Assembly: GCA_964252035.1 (NCBI GenBank)
Contig: OZ176210.1
From: Podarcis erhardii
Taxonomy: Eukaryota
Direction: 5' to 3' (one strand)
Length of the DNA stretch: 64,000 nucleotides
Both the position numbers and the translations under genes were made by a program. This document shows positions 1 to 11,350 of the stretch, one piece after another (the first letter of the stretch is position 1; every line of letters starts with the position of its first letter). The notes below the pieces were generated by a model that saw nothing but the letters and a program-made list of their open reading frames with translations, searched no databases and was not told where the DNA came from.

Positions 1-1459
1 TCCAAAAGCTTTAATGCTCAGATTATTGTGATACAGATGCAAGTGTGTTATTCAAAGGCACAGTAGGCAATACACATACTTAGTGGCACAGATAAAGGCC
101 CAGCAGGTGACATGGCTACTCAGCTGAAGAAGCTGATCCAACACCCCCTTCAATCCTATGATAAGGAAACAGGGTGGGCGATTTAGCATGGCAAGCAATT
201 CCATTTGTTAGCAAGCAATCTAGCACCCCATGTGAAAGGCTGAACCCCCTTCCATCTGTTTGTGCCTCTGCTGGTGTCTCTAGGAAAAGAGTGATGGGGC
301 AAGTGTCCCTGCTTCCCGAGGGGTGGACGGGACAGGTGGAGCAGCCCCCTCTGGAGAGATGAGGCTAGACCCAGCATCTGACAACTCCAGAGGTGAAGGG
401 AGTGGCAGGTAGGCACAGTGGAATTGTCAGAGGCAGATTCCAACAGCAATGGAGAGGAAGGCAGGGCGTGAAGAGTAGGTTGAGGGAAATCCCCCTCCCC
501 ACAAACTTGGACCCTCCCTAGGATCCTCAGCATCAGACTCCTGTGAATCAGAAAGCAAGCTCTCAAGCCCACCCTGCAGCTCTCCTCAGGGTCCTCTGCA
601 AATCAGCCCTCTTCATTGCTCAGAGGAGTTCAGGGAGCTGGAAGACTCTGATCCAGGGGAGGGCTGGGAGACAGTGGTCAAGATGCAAAGGATCCTTTTC
701 TCAAAATGTATCTTCTGTACCATGAACAATAAAGAAAAAGATGATATAAAACGATGCACAGGATCCACAGGAGGACTCTGACCCTGGAGAGGGTCCCAGT
801 GGTTGGGAGTTGGGAGGCTCAGACTTGGGGGAAGAGCCAAATATGTTGTCAGAGGAATGACACCTCCTCAGTACGGTTGGATACCCTGACTTTACCTTAC
901 AGCTGACTGATATAGCACCAGACCCATGTCTGGGTGCCACCTGCTGTCAATAAAGAGCCAACCTAATCAGGAGAGGTACTTAAGGATCAATCTGACTGTG
1001 GGCCAAGCGCAGCTATCTCCACCTCTGTTTCCAAGGATGTAGAGGTGACGGCACCATCACTTAACAGACCCTTCAAAATCAGCCAACCTGAAGGAATAGG
1101 AGCTTGCTTGGCCAGTCCTGAGGCTCAGAAGTTCAGCCACGTGAATGACTGCGCCCACTCTACTCTTCAAAAGGAAAGTCCAAAGGGCATGTCAATTGCT
1201 GGGATGCTGTTTTAGCTTATGCGCAGCCACAGAGCTCTGCTTTGCCTTAGAACCATGTAACCTGTAGACTGCTCTAAGCTGGGGTGCCATATAGATTTTT
1301 GGAATAACTAATAGTTTGAGTTCCAAGTCTAAAAGTGGGAGTCAGGACACTCACCACATCTGCTCATGGGTGGGTGGGGGACCAAAACAGAGAGGAACAA
1401 AGTCTCTACTGCTGCCACCATGGGAAGAAAAGAAGATAGGGTAGGGTGAGGTTAAAAAA

Positions 1460-1696
1460 AAAGGTAAAGGACCCCTGGATGGTTAAGTCCAGTCAAACTT
1501 GACTACAGAGTGCAGCGCTCATCTCGCTTCAGGCTGAGGGAGCCGGCATTTGTCCACAGTCAGCTTTCCGGCATGACTAAACGGCTTCTGGTACAATGGA
1601 GCACCGTGATGAGTGCCAGAGCGCATGGAAATGCCATTTACCTTCCTGCCGCAATGGTACCTATTTATCTACTTGCACTGGTGTGCTTTCGAACTG
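1460..1696 (-). mobile_element. Sauria SINE, 5'-truncated
   Basis: The + strand starts aaggtaaaggacccctg (complement of the ACCTTT tail), followed by gctcatctc..., gagccggc and ttaccttcc...ggtacctatttatctac...ctttcgaactg, recognised from memory of the family. Confidence 0.8.
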
Positions 1697-4131
1697 AAAA
1701 AAGGGGCTTGGGGCAAGCTGCAAAGCAGAGGGTGGCAGGTAGGTGGGGTTGGCGAGTAATGTAAGCAGGAGTGGCAGCCCATGGCATTTTTATATTCTTG
1801 GTAGAAGTGATGTGGTAATCCTTTTAGGTCACTGCTTCCTTCAGGATGACCTAGCAATGTAACTGAGTTCAAAATTTCCAGACCAAAATTTCCCATAAAA
1901 GAATTTTATTCTGAGAATTGTTTTTTCTAACTCTGAAAATGTTGGAGAATTTTGTCCCCCCCCCCCCAATTATGCCTCCTTCCTATTCCCCCCACTTGCA
2001 AATAAACTGGAGGACTTCAGAAGGTCATTTTTTCCCAGTCCTATACATTAGGTCACAAGATCTACACTGTGGAGGGCAGCCAATGCTGGCAAAGGTCTAC
2101 CCCTTAGCTTTTATTTTTTTACCCATGTTTATCTTGTCCTCTTTTCATATATGTTTATACCAACATAATGAAAAAGAAATTTAATAAAACGTTAATGTTA
2201 ATTCAACAAATAGAAGATGAAGCGTTTAGCCAAAGAGATCACACTAGAGGCTTCCTTCTGCTCATCAGCAAAACAGGAATTAAATTACAGGAAAATCCCT
2301 CTAGGCAACGGAATCTCCTACTGAGAATCATCATTTTTAGACAGAGGCATCCTGACTGAGCATTGCTTCTTTTTATAATGAAAACCCTCCAATGAATAGT
2401 GTAGAAATTTGTCACAAATGTAATTCAGCTGTCACCAGGACTAGAAGAAGCAGTTTATGATGGGTTGTCCCTCCTGTTCAAACAGCAAAATAAAACTGTT
2501 GACAGCAAAACATTTTAAAAAAGCAATTCAAGGCAAGTAACCAAAAGAGTGGTGGGAATTTTGGTAAGACACGGGCTCTTCAAGTACAGCATTAACGCAA
2601 ACATGATCATAAATACTGGAAAAAAATCCTGCTTTATTTTGATTTGAAACAAAAAAGTAAAAATGCTACAGTAGGATTAAAATATATGACAATGAAGATA
2701 ACCAAATTGTGACCCACACAAGTGATCACATTTCACCGTATAGTAAAAGCTGCATCTCCAATAAATTAAGCATTTGCAACACCATTCACAAGCAGCTTTT
2801 GTAGACTATAAGCCTAAAAACAGGGTTAGTCTTTACTTTTATCATTGTACACTGCTAACAATAGACACTTAACTGTAACTAGCAAACAACAGATATTATA
2901 TTAAGGCCAAGGCAAATGCTCAGCAGTGGAATTGTATCAACCTATGTTCATATCAGCCTCGTGTTCTGTCTACATGTGCCACTTACAGAAGTGACTACTT
3001 TGAGATGAAAGTGTATATAAAGTATGGTCTAATCTGAATGTTGTGCAATAAGTTAACATCACCAAAGAAGCGCATTGCTCCTGCGCACGACCAATGTTTT
3101 CTAACAATCCGTAGCATTGCTAAAACCCATTGCTAACTACAGCAAAGCTTTTCTTAATTGACCTAGATTGCAGCTACAAAAGATTTATTTAGGTGCAGAG
3201 AAAATGAGTTCTAGTTATCAAACAATGGTGGAGAAATATTCCATGGCCTTCAGTTTCTAGAGCAAGTACAGGGCTAAGTGTAATCTCACTGTATACAAGT
3301 TGCACAAGTGACAATAAAGTATTTCAAGAAGTGCTGTAAAAATGGCCTGAGCAAAGAGTGGGATAGTCTGTTCAACATTCTAGTATATCCCTATAGAAAA
3401 GTTCTAGCAGCTGATGGGGCCTAATTCATTTTTGCAAGATATGTTAGATGCAAAATGCACTTCAACTCCATAAACTCAAGAACTAAGCCCTGGTGTGTGC
3501 GCATGCAGGGGGAGACATGCAATGAACGACATAATTGTAAAGTCAGAAGGGTCCCTATGGGTGATCTAGTCCAAACCCCTGTTTTGCAGGAACCTCAGCT
3601 AAATCTGCCATGACAGCCAGGGGCTGTCCTACTTGGTCTGCTTTTTTTCTTTTTTTCGTACTGATCTTAATCTGACGAGTTAATGCTGAAATTGTTTTTA
3701 TTAGATTTGCTTTTATTGCGATTTTCCCCCTTCCTGATTTATTTTGATTTGTGATTTTCTTGTGTGATGTTTGGATGCAAGCCAACGGGTGTTTTATTTT
3801 AAGGAAATATTAAACGATCAGAAATATCCAACCATCGAAATGAAAACATATTTAATTGATTATGTTGCAATCCCTTTTTTTCCACTGCCTGGAGCAGCTG
3901 TGTAAACCACAGGTCATTTCTTCTTACTGAATTCTCCTTGAGAAGTGTTAACCATTTCTTCCAGCTTTCTATTAAACCACAGCAGACACAGCTATCTCTC
4001 CATTTCTTAAGTAAAAAAAATTAACAGAGATGCTGAAAAGCACTGAACACATAGACAGAACTTCTTGCAAGACTTGGCATTATAAGGCACCTAGGCAAAT
4101 GGCTGACAAGTAATCTTCCCTACTGTTTTAC

Positions 4132-4280
4132 CTGTAAATGGACAACCCTTTGGAATACATCTTCTCTCATGCTCATCTCAACATCAAAGTGAGAAAGCCT
4201 CTTATCAGCTTCTGTGCTTGCTGCACGGACATCTTTATCAGGTGAGACATGTTGTGGAAAATCCAGCATGCTTCTTTCCA
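4132..4280 (-). CDS. NLN: Neurolysin (M3 metallopeptidase) exon 3
   Basis: Encodes (V)[49 protein letters not shown], near-identical to recalled human NLN. Acceptor ttttag|TG, donor CAG|gtaaaa, 149 nt, phase 1 to 0. No later exon found in 1-4131. Confidence 0.96.
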
Positions 4281-4712
4281 CTAAAAGAAAACCAAAAATA
4301 AACAACCCCAAAATAAGGAAAATACAGTGTATAACAGCAGTACTCAGTACTAGTCATTTGGATGAAGAGACCTTCCCACTATGAACAAATTATCTAGAAT
4401 TTTTTTTTTAAAAAAAAACCCTGTTACTATTTCAAGATTTGTTTGAGCTTCTCATAGAATGTCAAGCAGAAAAAGTGTTTTCTTGGCTAATTCCATATGC
4501 ATGCAAAGCCCTAAATGGTCAACTTCCTACCTAGCCTGCACAATTCAAAGTTGTTATAAAATCACATTGCTGAAAATCTAATTCCATACTTTATCATGCC
4601 CCTGCTGTTATATTTAGCTATAAGCACCTGTACTTAGAAATCTTATTTCACAAATTTAGTCTCTCCCCTTCTGGTGCAAATTGAAATTGATACTTAGCCA
4701 TGTCACAATTAC

Positions 4713-4969
4713 CTGAATACTCCACTTCTATATCTGCTAAAGCCTGTACAGTGTTCTCATAAGTAACCTCTTCCATATCAAGCATTCCAATGCTGTCGTA
4801 GATTTGCTTTGTTTTCTTGATAAGTTCTTCAGTCCTTGTTCTAATTTGCTCTGGCGGCAAATCCCATTTCAAGAAGTTTCGGTCTGATGCACTACAGGAT
4901 GAGGCCTTGAAAGCTGAAGTAATTTCTGTTCCTAATGTCATTCTGAGTAAAACCCTTGGACCACCTGCC
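4713..4969 (-). CDS. NLN: Neurolysin exon 2
   Basis: Encodes [85 protein letters not shown]. Acceptor tttacag|G (phase 2), donor TCAG|gtaatt (phase 1), 257 nt. Confidence 0.95.
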
Positions 4970-5477
4970 CTGTAAATAGAAGGAGGGGAGAAGCTAAATA
5001 GCAAAAGAAGCAATATAGCAAAAAATGGGTTAACTGGAAATTACAGGTGCACTTGTGGAGATTAACTATTAAGAAATATAAGGTGAGATGAAAGATTCTG
5101 AAGTTTTTTATACATCTGAAATGTTTCGATAAGGACTAGGATTAGAGACATGAAGGCCCAGAAGAAAACTGGGGAAGGGGATAGAAAATTTGAGGTAAAT
5201 CCATATATAGTGTGGCAAAACCATATATTCACATGTAGCTCAACAATGCCAACCAGTGTCTTGGGAGTTCAGACTCCTATGATGAAGATGAATAAACATA
5301 TATTTAAAGGCTTTGTCTCCAAATAAACATTTTTGAAATTACAGTACTCCTTTTTTTCATTAGAGATAGCTGGATAAAATTGGCTCATCCTTTTGACATG
5401 CAGGTGTAGAGTTAAAAAGGTGGCACTACCCTCTTAGGAATTTTCTGGCTGGCCACAGAGACACTGGAAATCAGAGA

Positions 5478-5863
5478 TGCTGCTTTTGAATTATGGTGCT
5501 GGAAGAGACTCTTGAGAGTCCCATGGACTGCAAGAAGATCAAACCTATCCATTCTGAAGGAAATCAGCCCTGAGTGCTCACTGGAAGGACAGATCGTGAA
5601 GCTGAAGCTCCAATACTTTGGCCACCTCATGAGAAGAGAAGACTCCCTGGAAAAGACCCTGATGTTGGGAAAGATGGAGGACACAAGGAGAAGGGGACGA
5701 CAGAGGACGAGATGGTTGGACAGTGTTCTCGAAGCTACCAACATGAGTCTGACCAAACTGCGGGAGTCTGACCAAACAGTGGAAGACAGGAGTGCCTGGC
5801 GTGCTCTGGTCCATGGGGTCATGAAGAGTCGGACACAACTAAACAACAACAACAACAACAACA
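5478..5863 (+). mobile_element. BovB (RTE) LINE 3' fragment with (AAC)n tail, antisense to NLN
   Basis: Encodes RVPWTARRSNLSILKEISPECSLEGQIVKLKLQYFGHLMRREDSLEKTLMLGK...RRRGRQRTRWLD, the RTE/BovB ORF C-terminus. Ends ...ggggtcatgaagagtcggacacaactaaac(aac)n. Confidence 0.92.
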
Positions 5864-6085
5864 AGATAGTGCCAAACAATCCATTTTAGGAAAGAGCCAA
5901 ACTTAGGTTAGGCCCATTCATTTCAGTGGGTCTATTCTGAGTAAAACTTTGTTTCATATCACCCTGGGGTTCATATATTCTCTTGCACAGAGACAGATAG
6001 GTAGCCGTGTTGGTCTGCCATGGTCAAAACAAAATAAAAAAATTCCTTCCAGTAGCACCTTAAAGACCAACTGAGTTAGTTCTAG

Positions 6086-6123
6086 GTATGAGCTTTCGTG
6101 TGCATGCACACTTCTTCAGATAC
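6086..6123 (-). ncRNA. Minimal type-I hammerhead ribozyme motif, identical inverted copy, sense to NLN pre-mRNA
   Basis: Exact reverse complement of 6149-6186. Confidence 0.75.
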
Positions 6124-6148
6124 ACCGTGTATCTGTGTATTCTTCAGT

Positions 6149-6186
6149 GTATCTGAAGAAGTGTGCATGCACACGAAAGCTCATAC
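6149..6186 (+). ncRNA. Minimal type-I hammerhead ribozyme motif (PLE type)
   Basis: GTAT-CTGAAGA-A-GTGTG(CATG)CACAC-GAAA-GC-TC-ATAC: stem I GUAU/AUAC, CUGANGA and GAAA core, palindromic AGCU stem III, UC cleavage site after 6182. Confidence 0.75.
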
Positions 6187-7599
6187 CTAGAACTAACTCA
6201 GTTGGTCTTTAAGGTGCTACTGGAAGGAATTTTTTTATTTTGTCTTGCACAGAGAGAAAGAGGCCCATTCTGCCTGGTGGCAGCCTGTAAGTTAAAAAAT
6301 GGGGACTGGTCAGTAAGGGAACCCCCTCCACAGTCTGTCACAATAGTAACACAAAAGGAACAATAGTAGTATCAGAAAAAAAGAACTTTAGGAAAACCAA
6401 GTGTGGGGGAGGCAGCATGTGGAGAATAGCCTTTCAGGAGGGAAACTGTCTGCCATACAAGGTTTAGGTAATAGCTTGGCAGTGACTTGAGTGTGGAGAA
6501 AGTAATTTTTTCTGTTTTCTCTCTTACCCATAATAGTTCTGTTCCCAAGGCTAAATTTGCTTTCTAAGCTTCCAGCAGGCCACTGCCCCCTCATTATTCC
6601 AATTTTCTCTAAAAGTACAAGGGATAAATAAACAAAGGAGTTCTTACAATCCCACAATTCATGCTCCAAAACACATTCAAGCTTGCTATTGAGGGGCGGG
6701 GTGAAGTTCCAACCACAGATTTCAATTAGACCTTTTTATGGCAACTGTTATCAGGATTTAGGTAACCATGAGAAACCTGACAATGTAAAGTGAAGCTGAA
6801 ATTTAAACTCAACGACAGACCTCCAGACCCTGGGAACTGAACCACAGCAACGCCAGGAAATACAAACAATGGATTAAAACGTCAAAATGTACAAATTACT
6901 TATCTCTCCAACAAAGCAGTCCCCTGATAAACAGGAGAAGTGAAAATGAATTTGGCAGCTTGCAAAAAGATGGGCAGGGCAATCCGGTGGGAGCATCATG
7001 TAATTGTGATCCTATGTATTCCCAGCGGCAGAGCAGAAAGCAAAACAATACCAGCATAAAAGAAGAAGAAGAATGAAACAATGCCAGCAGCCCTGCTAAC
7101 GCCACCATTACTGCAGTACCCTGTGGAGGGAAGGAACCAGTCAACAGTGGATGAAAACAGGTGTGCCATAAGATTATCACAGAATCCAGTCTATGCCCCC
7201 GCCAAGACGGAATCCACCAGCACACAGAATCTACTGCGCGATAGGCTCCATGGCCCAGTGGTTAGAAGGGCAGCAACTGACCCTTGCAGCCACAAACTCC
7301 AGGGCTCTCTTTAGACAAGGGACGCAATCCCATGCCAGCAATGAACAGCCTGCAAACAACCCTTTTGCTAGGGACAAAACGGCAACTCTGCCTGTTTTAA
7401 GTATTTTAAAAGTATTTAAAAATTATATACTGTCCTTCAACAGGCACTGCTGGTGTGATTTGCATAAAAAGAAAATGCAAAAAGAACAAGAAAGAAGATG
7501 GGGGGGAAGACACAGGTAATAATCAGAAAAAGTTAAGACTAAAAGGCAGGAATCACCATATAAATACAATCGGCAGGGATAAAATTAACTCTAAAGACC

Positions 7600-8600
7600 T
7601 GGGAAAACAAGGAGGTATTTGCTTGGCACTGACAGGACAACAAAACAGCTGCCAGGCAGATCTCTCTGGGGACAGCATTCCATAACTGGATGCCATTTCT
7701 TCCCCCTGGTCCTGAAGATGTTACCGTTTGGGTAGGCACATTGAGGAGATAGGCTAGTCCTAGGCTGTAAAGGGATTTAAGGGTCAAAACCAGCTTTACC
7801 ACTACAACAGCACCAGTGTGGTGTGATCATGACAACCAGTCCCACTTAGTATTCTAGGCGCTGCATTCTGAACTAGTTGCCATTTTTCAAAGGCGTCATA
7901 TGGAGCACATTACAGTCTAACCTGGAGGGTAGCAGAGCACAGAACGTTATGGTTAGACTCTCTCTGTGTCCAGACTTTATCTAGCACACCAATATAAGTT
8001 ACTAACAGGCACTTCATGCCACAGAAGCAACCTATGCCCTCACAGTGACAAATATGCATCAATGAAAACGTTGAAGTGGCGAGCCTGTTCCTTCAGGCAA
8101 AAGGTGACTGTGTCAAGTACAACATGAACTCTCTGTGCAGATAAGCTACCCAACCACAGCACCTCTGTCTCACCTGTATTGAGCATCAGTTTATTACTCC
8201 ATTCCCCCACCATACCTTATTATCAAGCCCCACCGGAAGTACCGTAACTGCTGAAGGGGCTGTTACAGGAGAACACTGAGCTGTTATCCATTGGCAGAGC
8301 CATAGACAAGTTGCAGATCCAAAGCCCTGGTAGGGTGAGAAACACCACTGCCTTCGTTCATTATAGGGCCCTAACCATTAAGACATCCAAGCTGAGTAAC
8401 AATGGCAGGAAGGAGCGCTAACATCTGGAGAACACACACACACATCTAATGCAGACAGCTTTTATTGAATAACCGCACTAGCGGGATGAATTCTGACAGG
8501 TTCACAGAATCATGGGACTGTCAATCTTGCATGGTCTGTGTACTTCTGAAATATGCCCAAGGGTTAGCTGAGTAGCAAGTGCAGTGTTCCCCATCACTGC
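7600..8600 (-). mobile_element. Decayed L2/CR1-clade LINE ORF2 3' region
   Basis: The minus strand near 7860-7930 reads tccaggttagactgtaatgtgctc...caactagttcagaatgcagcg, a relic of the SRLDYCN...LVQNAA motif. The 7539-7802 ORF has KSLYSLGLAYL and LWNAVP, typical of LINE C-termini. Boundaries approximate. Confidence 0.65.
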
Positions 8601-10249
8601 ATCCCATTAAAAACCAAAGGAGATCTAGAGTGAGATCACCTGGCATAAATTCACTGTACTGATGTTGTGTTGGGCATTCAAGGGGAATTTAGGACTGGGC
8701 GTAGCTTAGGGATCAGATCACACTCTGTGGGTTTCAATTAAAGAGCAGGATGAACAGCTAGCTATTTTTGGAGGGTGCTCACAGAGTATCTCCATATTAA
8801 GAGCTTGAAAAACTTTTTCTGCAGATGTGGCGTTCCTTGGCCATGCAATTAACCACTGCAACTAGAACATGCACATATAAAGGAAAATAAGGACAGTTCT
8901 GTTACTCTCATTTGCTACACTCACTCCCTGACCTTAAGAAGTCTAACCAAGCATTATCCCACAAACATTCAACCAATGATAAAGGCCATTTACTCTCATC
9001 TCTAGTACTAGAAAGTAAATTCATAGGGACTGGTGAGAGAAGCACTGCTGAAAATATGAAGAACAGCTTTGGGACAACAAGCAGCACTGCATTATTTATG
9101 CCTCGTGTAGAGATGGAACTTTACTTACGTCAAACTCAAGACACTCTGTACATATCTAAGTTCTCCTGTAAGATTCACTCATCTGTCTTTCATGTATCAG
9201 ATATTTAACATGCACTGATTTACTGCCTGATCCTAAGCAGAACTATGTAAATTCAGGTCCACTAATGAATTTAGGCAAGACTAAATTGGCAAAGGAATGG
9301 CTGCTGGAATAAAGCAATTATTTCAGAATACTGTATGTCACAGAGGCATGCTTATTCAAATGGCATCTAAAACCTGCAAGCACCTTCATTAGTAACACAG
9401 ATAGTGTCTTAGAAATTCTTTTTTTTTTTTTTAGCCTGTACCTTCATCACTGTAAAATATGTATAGGACCATAGCATATTATATATAGGCAGACTGTTAT
9501 AATCACTCTAACTCCTAAAGACAAGAACAATAGCTTTACAGGTTTCTCAATCATATATTAAATATACAAGCATGTCTGTTACAAACACAGCTAAGCACAT
9601 TTCAATAAATTAACTCCAAAATTCACGAGCAACTTAATGCTTTTGCTAAATGATTACTGAACTGAGCCCTTTTGTCACTGTTCTAGATTAAGGTGTGTCA
9701 GAAACTGTATTGTATTATTAAGTAAGGGATCTCATGCAGTCAAGGCATGCACATTTGGGTGCTCTTTAATCCTACTTCTCAAACTGCAATCCAGTGAAAG
9801 CATACACCCAATTGGTCCCTTAAAGATTAATCTAAAAATATAATGCTATTGAAATCATGACATGTGGACTCAATATACATAAGATGTTCCTTGAATGCAT
9901 CCCACATTAATGCAGGTTGCTGCCTGCAAAGGCTCATGTCACAATAAATAGATACCCATAGTGTGCCCCTTTTCTTCTTTTTGCATGCTCGATAGTTTCC
10001 GTCACATTCTGAGTGCCGGAGCCTTGCTAAAATTGTGGCCAATATGTTCAAGAAGCGGCTTCCGGCTGAAGTGGGGTGGGGTGGGATCTTCTTTTTCAGG
10101 GATGGCAACTCCTAAACCGCAGCGATCCCCTCCTCTGCGTCTATTTGAAACACCCTTAAGAATAAGGTATGGCTTTCTTCCTTAGCAGCGAGCATCTGAA
10201 GGAAGAAACGGGCGCTGGAAACAGTTCAAGGGAAGGCGATAGGGTGGTT

Positions 10250-11350
10250 AACCTATGCTATAGGAGCGATTTTACCAAACGGCTACTCCCACCGCGGAAG
10301 GGAGGGCATGGCCGCTTAATGCACTTGTGCCACACAAAAGATATTGCGGCCAGGAGGGGGAAAAGACAGCCAGACCCCCTCCCACCAGCGTCCTTCAGAT
10401 ACCACGCGGGGCGAACGGATCCCCCCCGAGACCCTCCCGCTGCCGCCTTACTCCTGTGCAGGTGAGGCGAGGTCTTTCTTGCACGGGGTACCTGCAGAAG
10501 CTTCGGCCCGCGGAGACGCCCAAGGACAGCATGAAGGGAAAAGCAGCCCCGCTCCCAGCCAAGGACGCCCCCCTCTCCGCTCCCACGCGCCGGCCGCTCC
10601 CAGCTCCCTGCGCCGCCTGCCGGGGCGCACGCACCGCTCCCCCCACGTGCGCCTGCAGCCCCCGCCGCTGCCGCTTCGCGCGCTCGCCGCCCAGCCGAGC
10701 TGCGCCTTCACTTCCGCCGGGCCAGGTCTCGTTCCCGCCGCCGCCGCCGCCGCCGCCGCGCAGGCGCGCCCCCTTCAGACACGCGCCCGCCTTCCCTCCC
10801 TCCCTTTCCCACGGACGACAACAACGCCTCGGGAGCGAGCCGGGGACAAGTTTGTGCCTCACATAGCAGCAGCAGCGGCGGCGGCGGACGAAAGCAGCTT
10901 GGTAGCGGACAGCCATTGCTCCGCCCGCCCGGTCTTCCTCCTCCTCCTCCTCCTCCTGATCCTGCTGGCGCGGTAAGCTCTTCTGCCATTGCCCTGCCCT
11001 TCTGCCTGGAGTGTGCCGCGCAAAAGCCGCAGAGAGGCGGCTGCCGCCGTAGCCGCCCGCGCAAGAAGGAGGGACGGGATGTTGGTGCGCATGTGGGTGA
11101 GGAAGGGCGCCCAGCATCCCCGTCGCTTGCCTTCCCCCTTTTGCAGGTCTTCGCCTCCACCCCTCAGGTAGCTCGCCGTCTCCCGCCTTAGCGTCCGGCG
11201 CGATCCCGGTCTGGCTCGCGCACCTGAGGTGGACGTAGCCTAGCCAGACGGAGAAAATGGGCGAGCGGAGGTGTTTGGGTCGGGTTTCCTAGGCGGGTCG
11301 CTGGCAGGGTTTCTCCCGCGTTGGGTACGCATTGCATGACTGTCCTCGGC
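10250..11350. promoter_or_regulatory. CpG island, bidirectional NLN/SGTB promoter
   Basis: Very GC- and CpG-rich. Contains (CCG)8 at 10735-10758, a (CCT)n tract near 10937-10957, NRF1-like GTGCGCATG near 11085-11093 and E-box CACGTG near 10644. Lies between divergently oriented NLN and SGTB. Boundaries approximate. Confidence 0.85.
10863..10916 (-). CDS. NLN: Neurolysin exon 1, putative coding part (frame ambiguous, see findings)
   Basis: Strong-context ATG (gcaATGG) gives MAVRYQAAFVRRRRCCCY, Arg-rich like the human presequence MIARCLLAVRSLRR, followed by donor TAT|gtgagg inside the CpG island. Its phase (0) does not match exon 2 (phase 2). Confidence 0.6.

Larger units (their letters stand above)
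5994..6242. mobile_element. Penelope-like element (PLE) terminal-repeat insertion in inverted arrangement
   Basis: Perfect 97-bp inverted repeat (6029-6125 / 6147-6243), flanked by direct repeat tcttgcacagaga (5981-5993, 6243-6255). The motifs gtagcaccttaaagaccaac and gtagccgtgttggtctg match reptile PLE ends recalled from memory. Confidence 0.8.

Noticed and set aside
1-1400. GC-richer stretch with 60-129 aa ORFs in NLN intron 3; searched for NLN exon 4
   Set aside because: No match to the expected ETCDLGKIKPEARRY peptide or to any recognisable LTR or retroviral motif.
5412-5879. 155-aa minus-strand ORF and other ORFs over 5412-5889
   Set aside because: Antisense and alternative frames of the BovB fragment.
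5994-6243. Inverted repeats and short direct repeats considered as a CRISPR array or a DNA-transposon TIR pair
   Set aside because: No repeat-spacer periodicity, the context is eukaryotic, the arms are not terminal on the left side, and the 13-bp TSD and sequence fit PLE ends.
10327-11191. Many long overlapping ORFs (up to 240 aa) on both strands
   Set aside because: Stop-codon depletion in a GC-rich CpG island with CCG/CCT repeats; low-complexity Pro/Arg/Ala/Gly products with no recognisable family.
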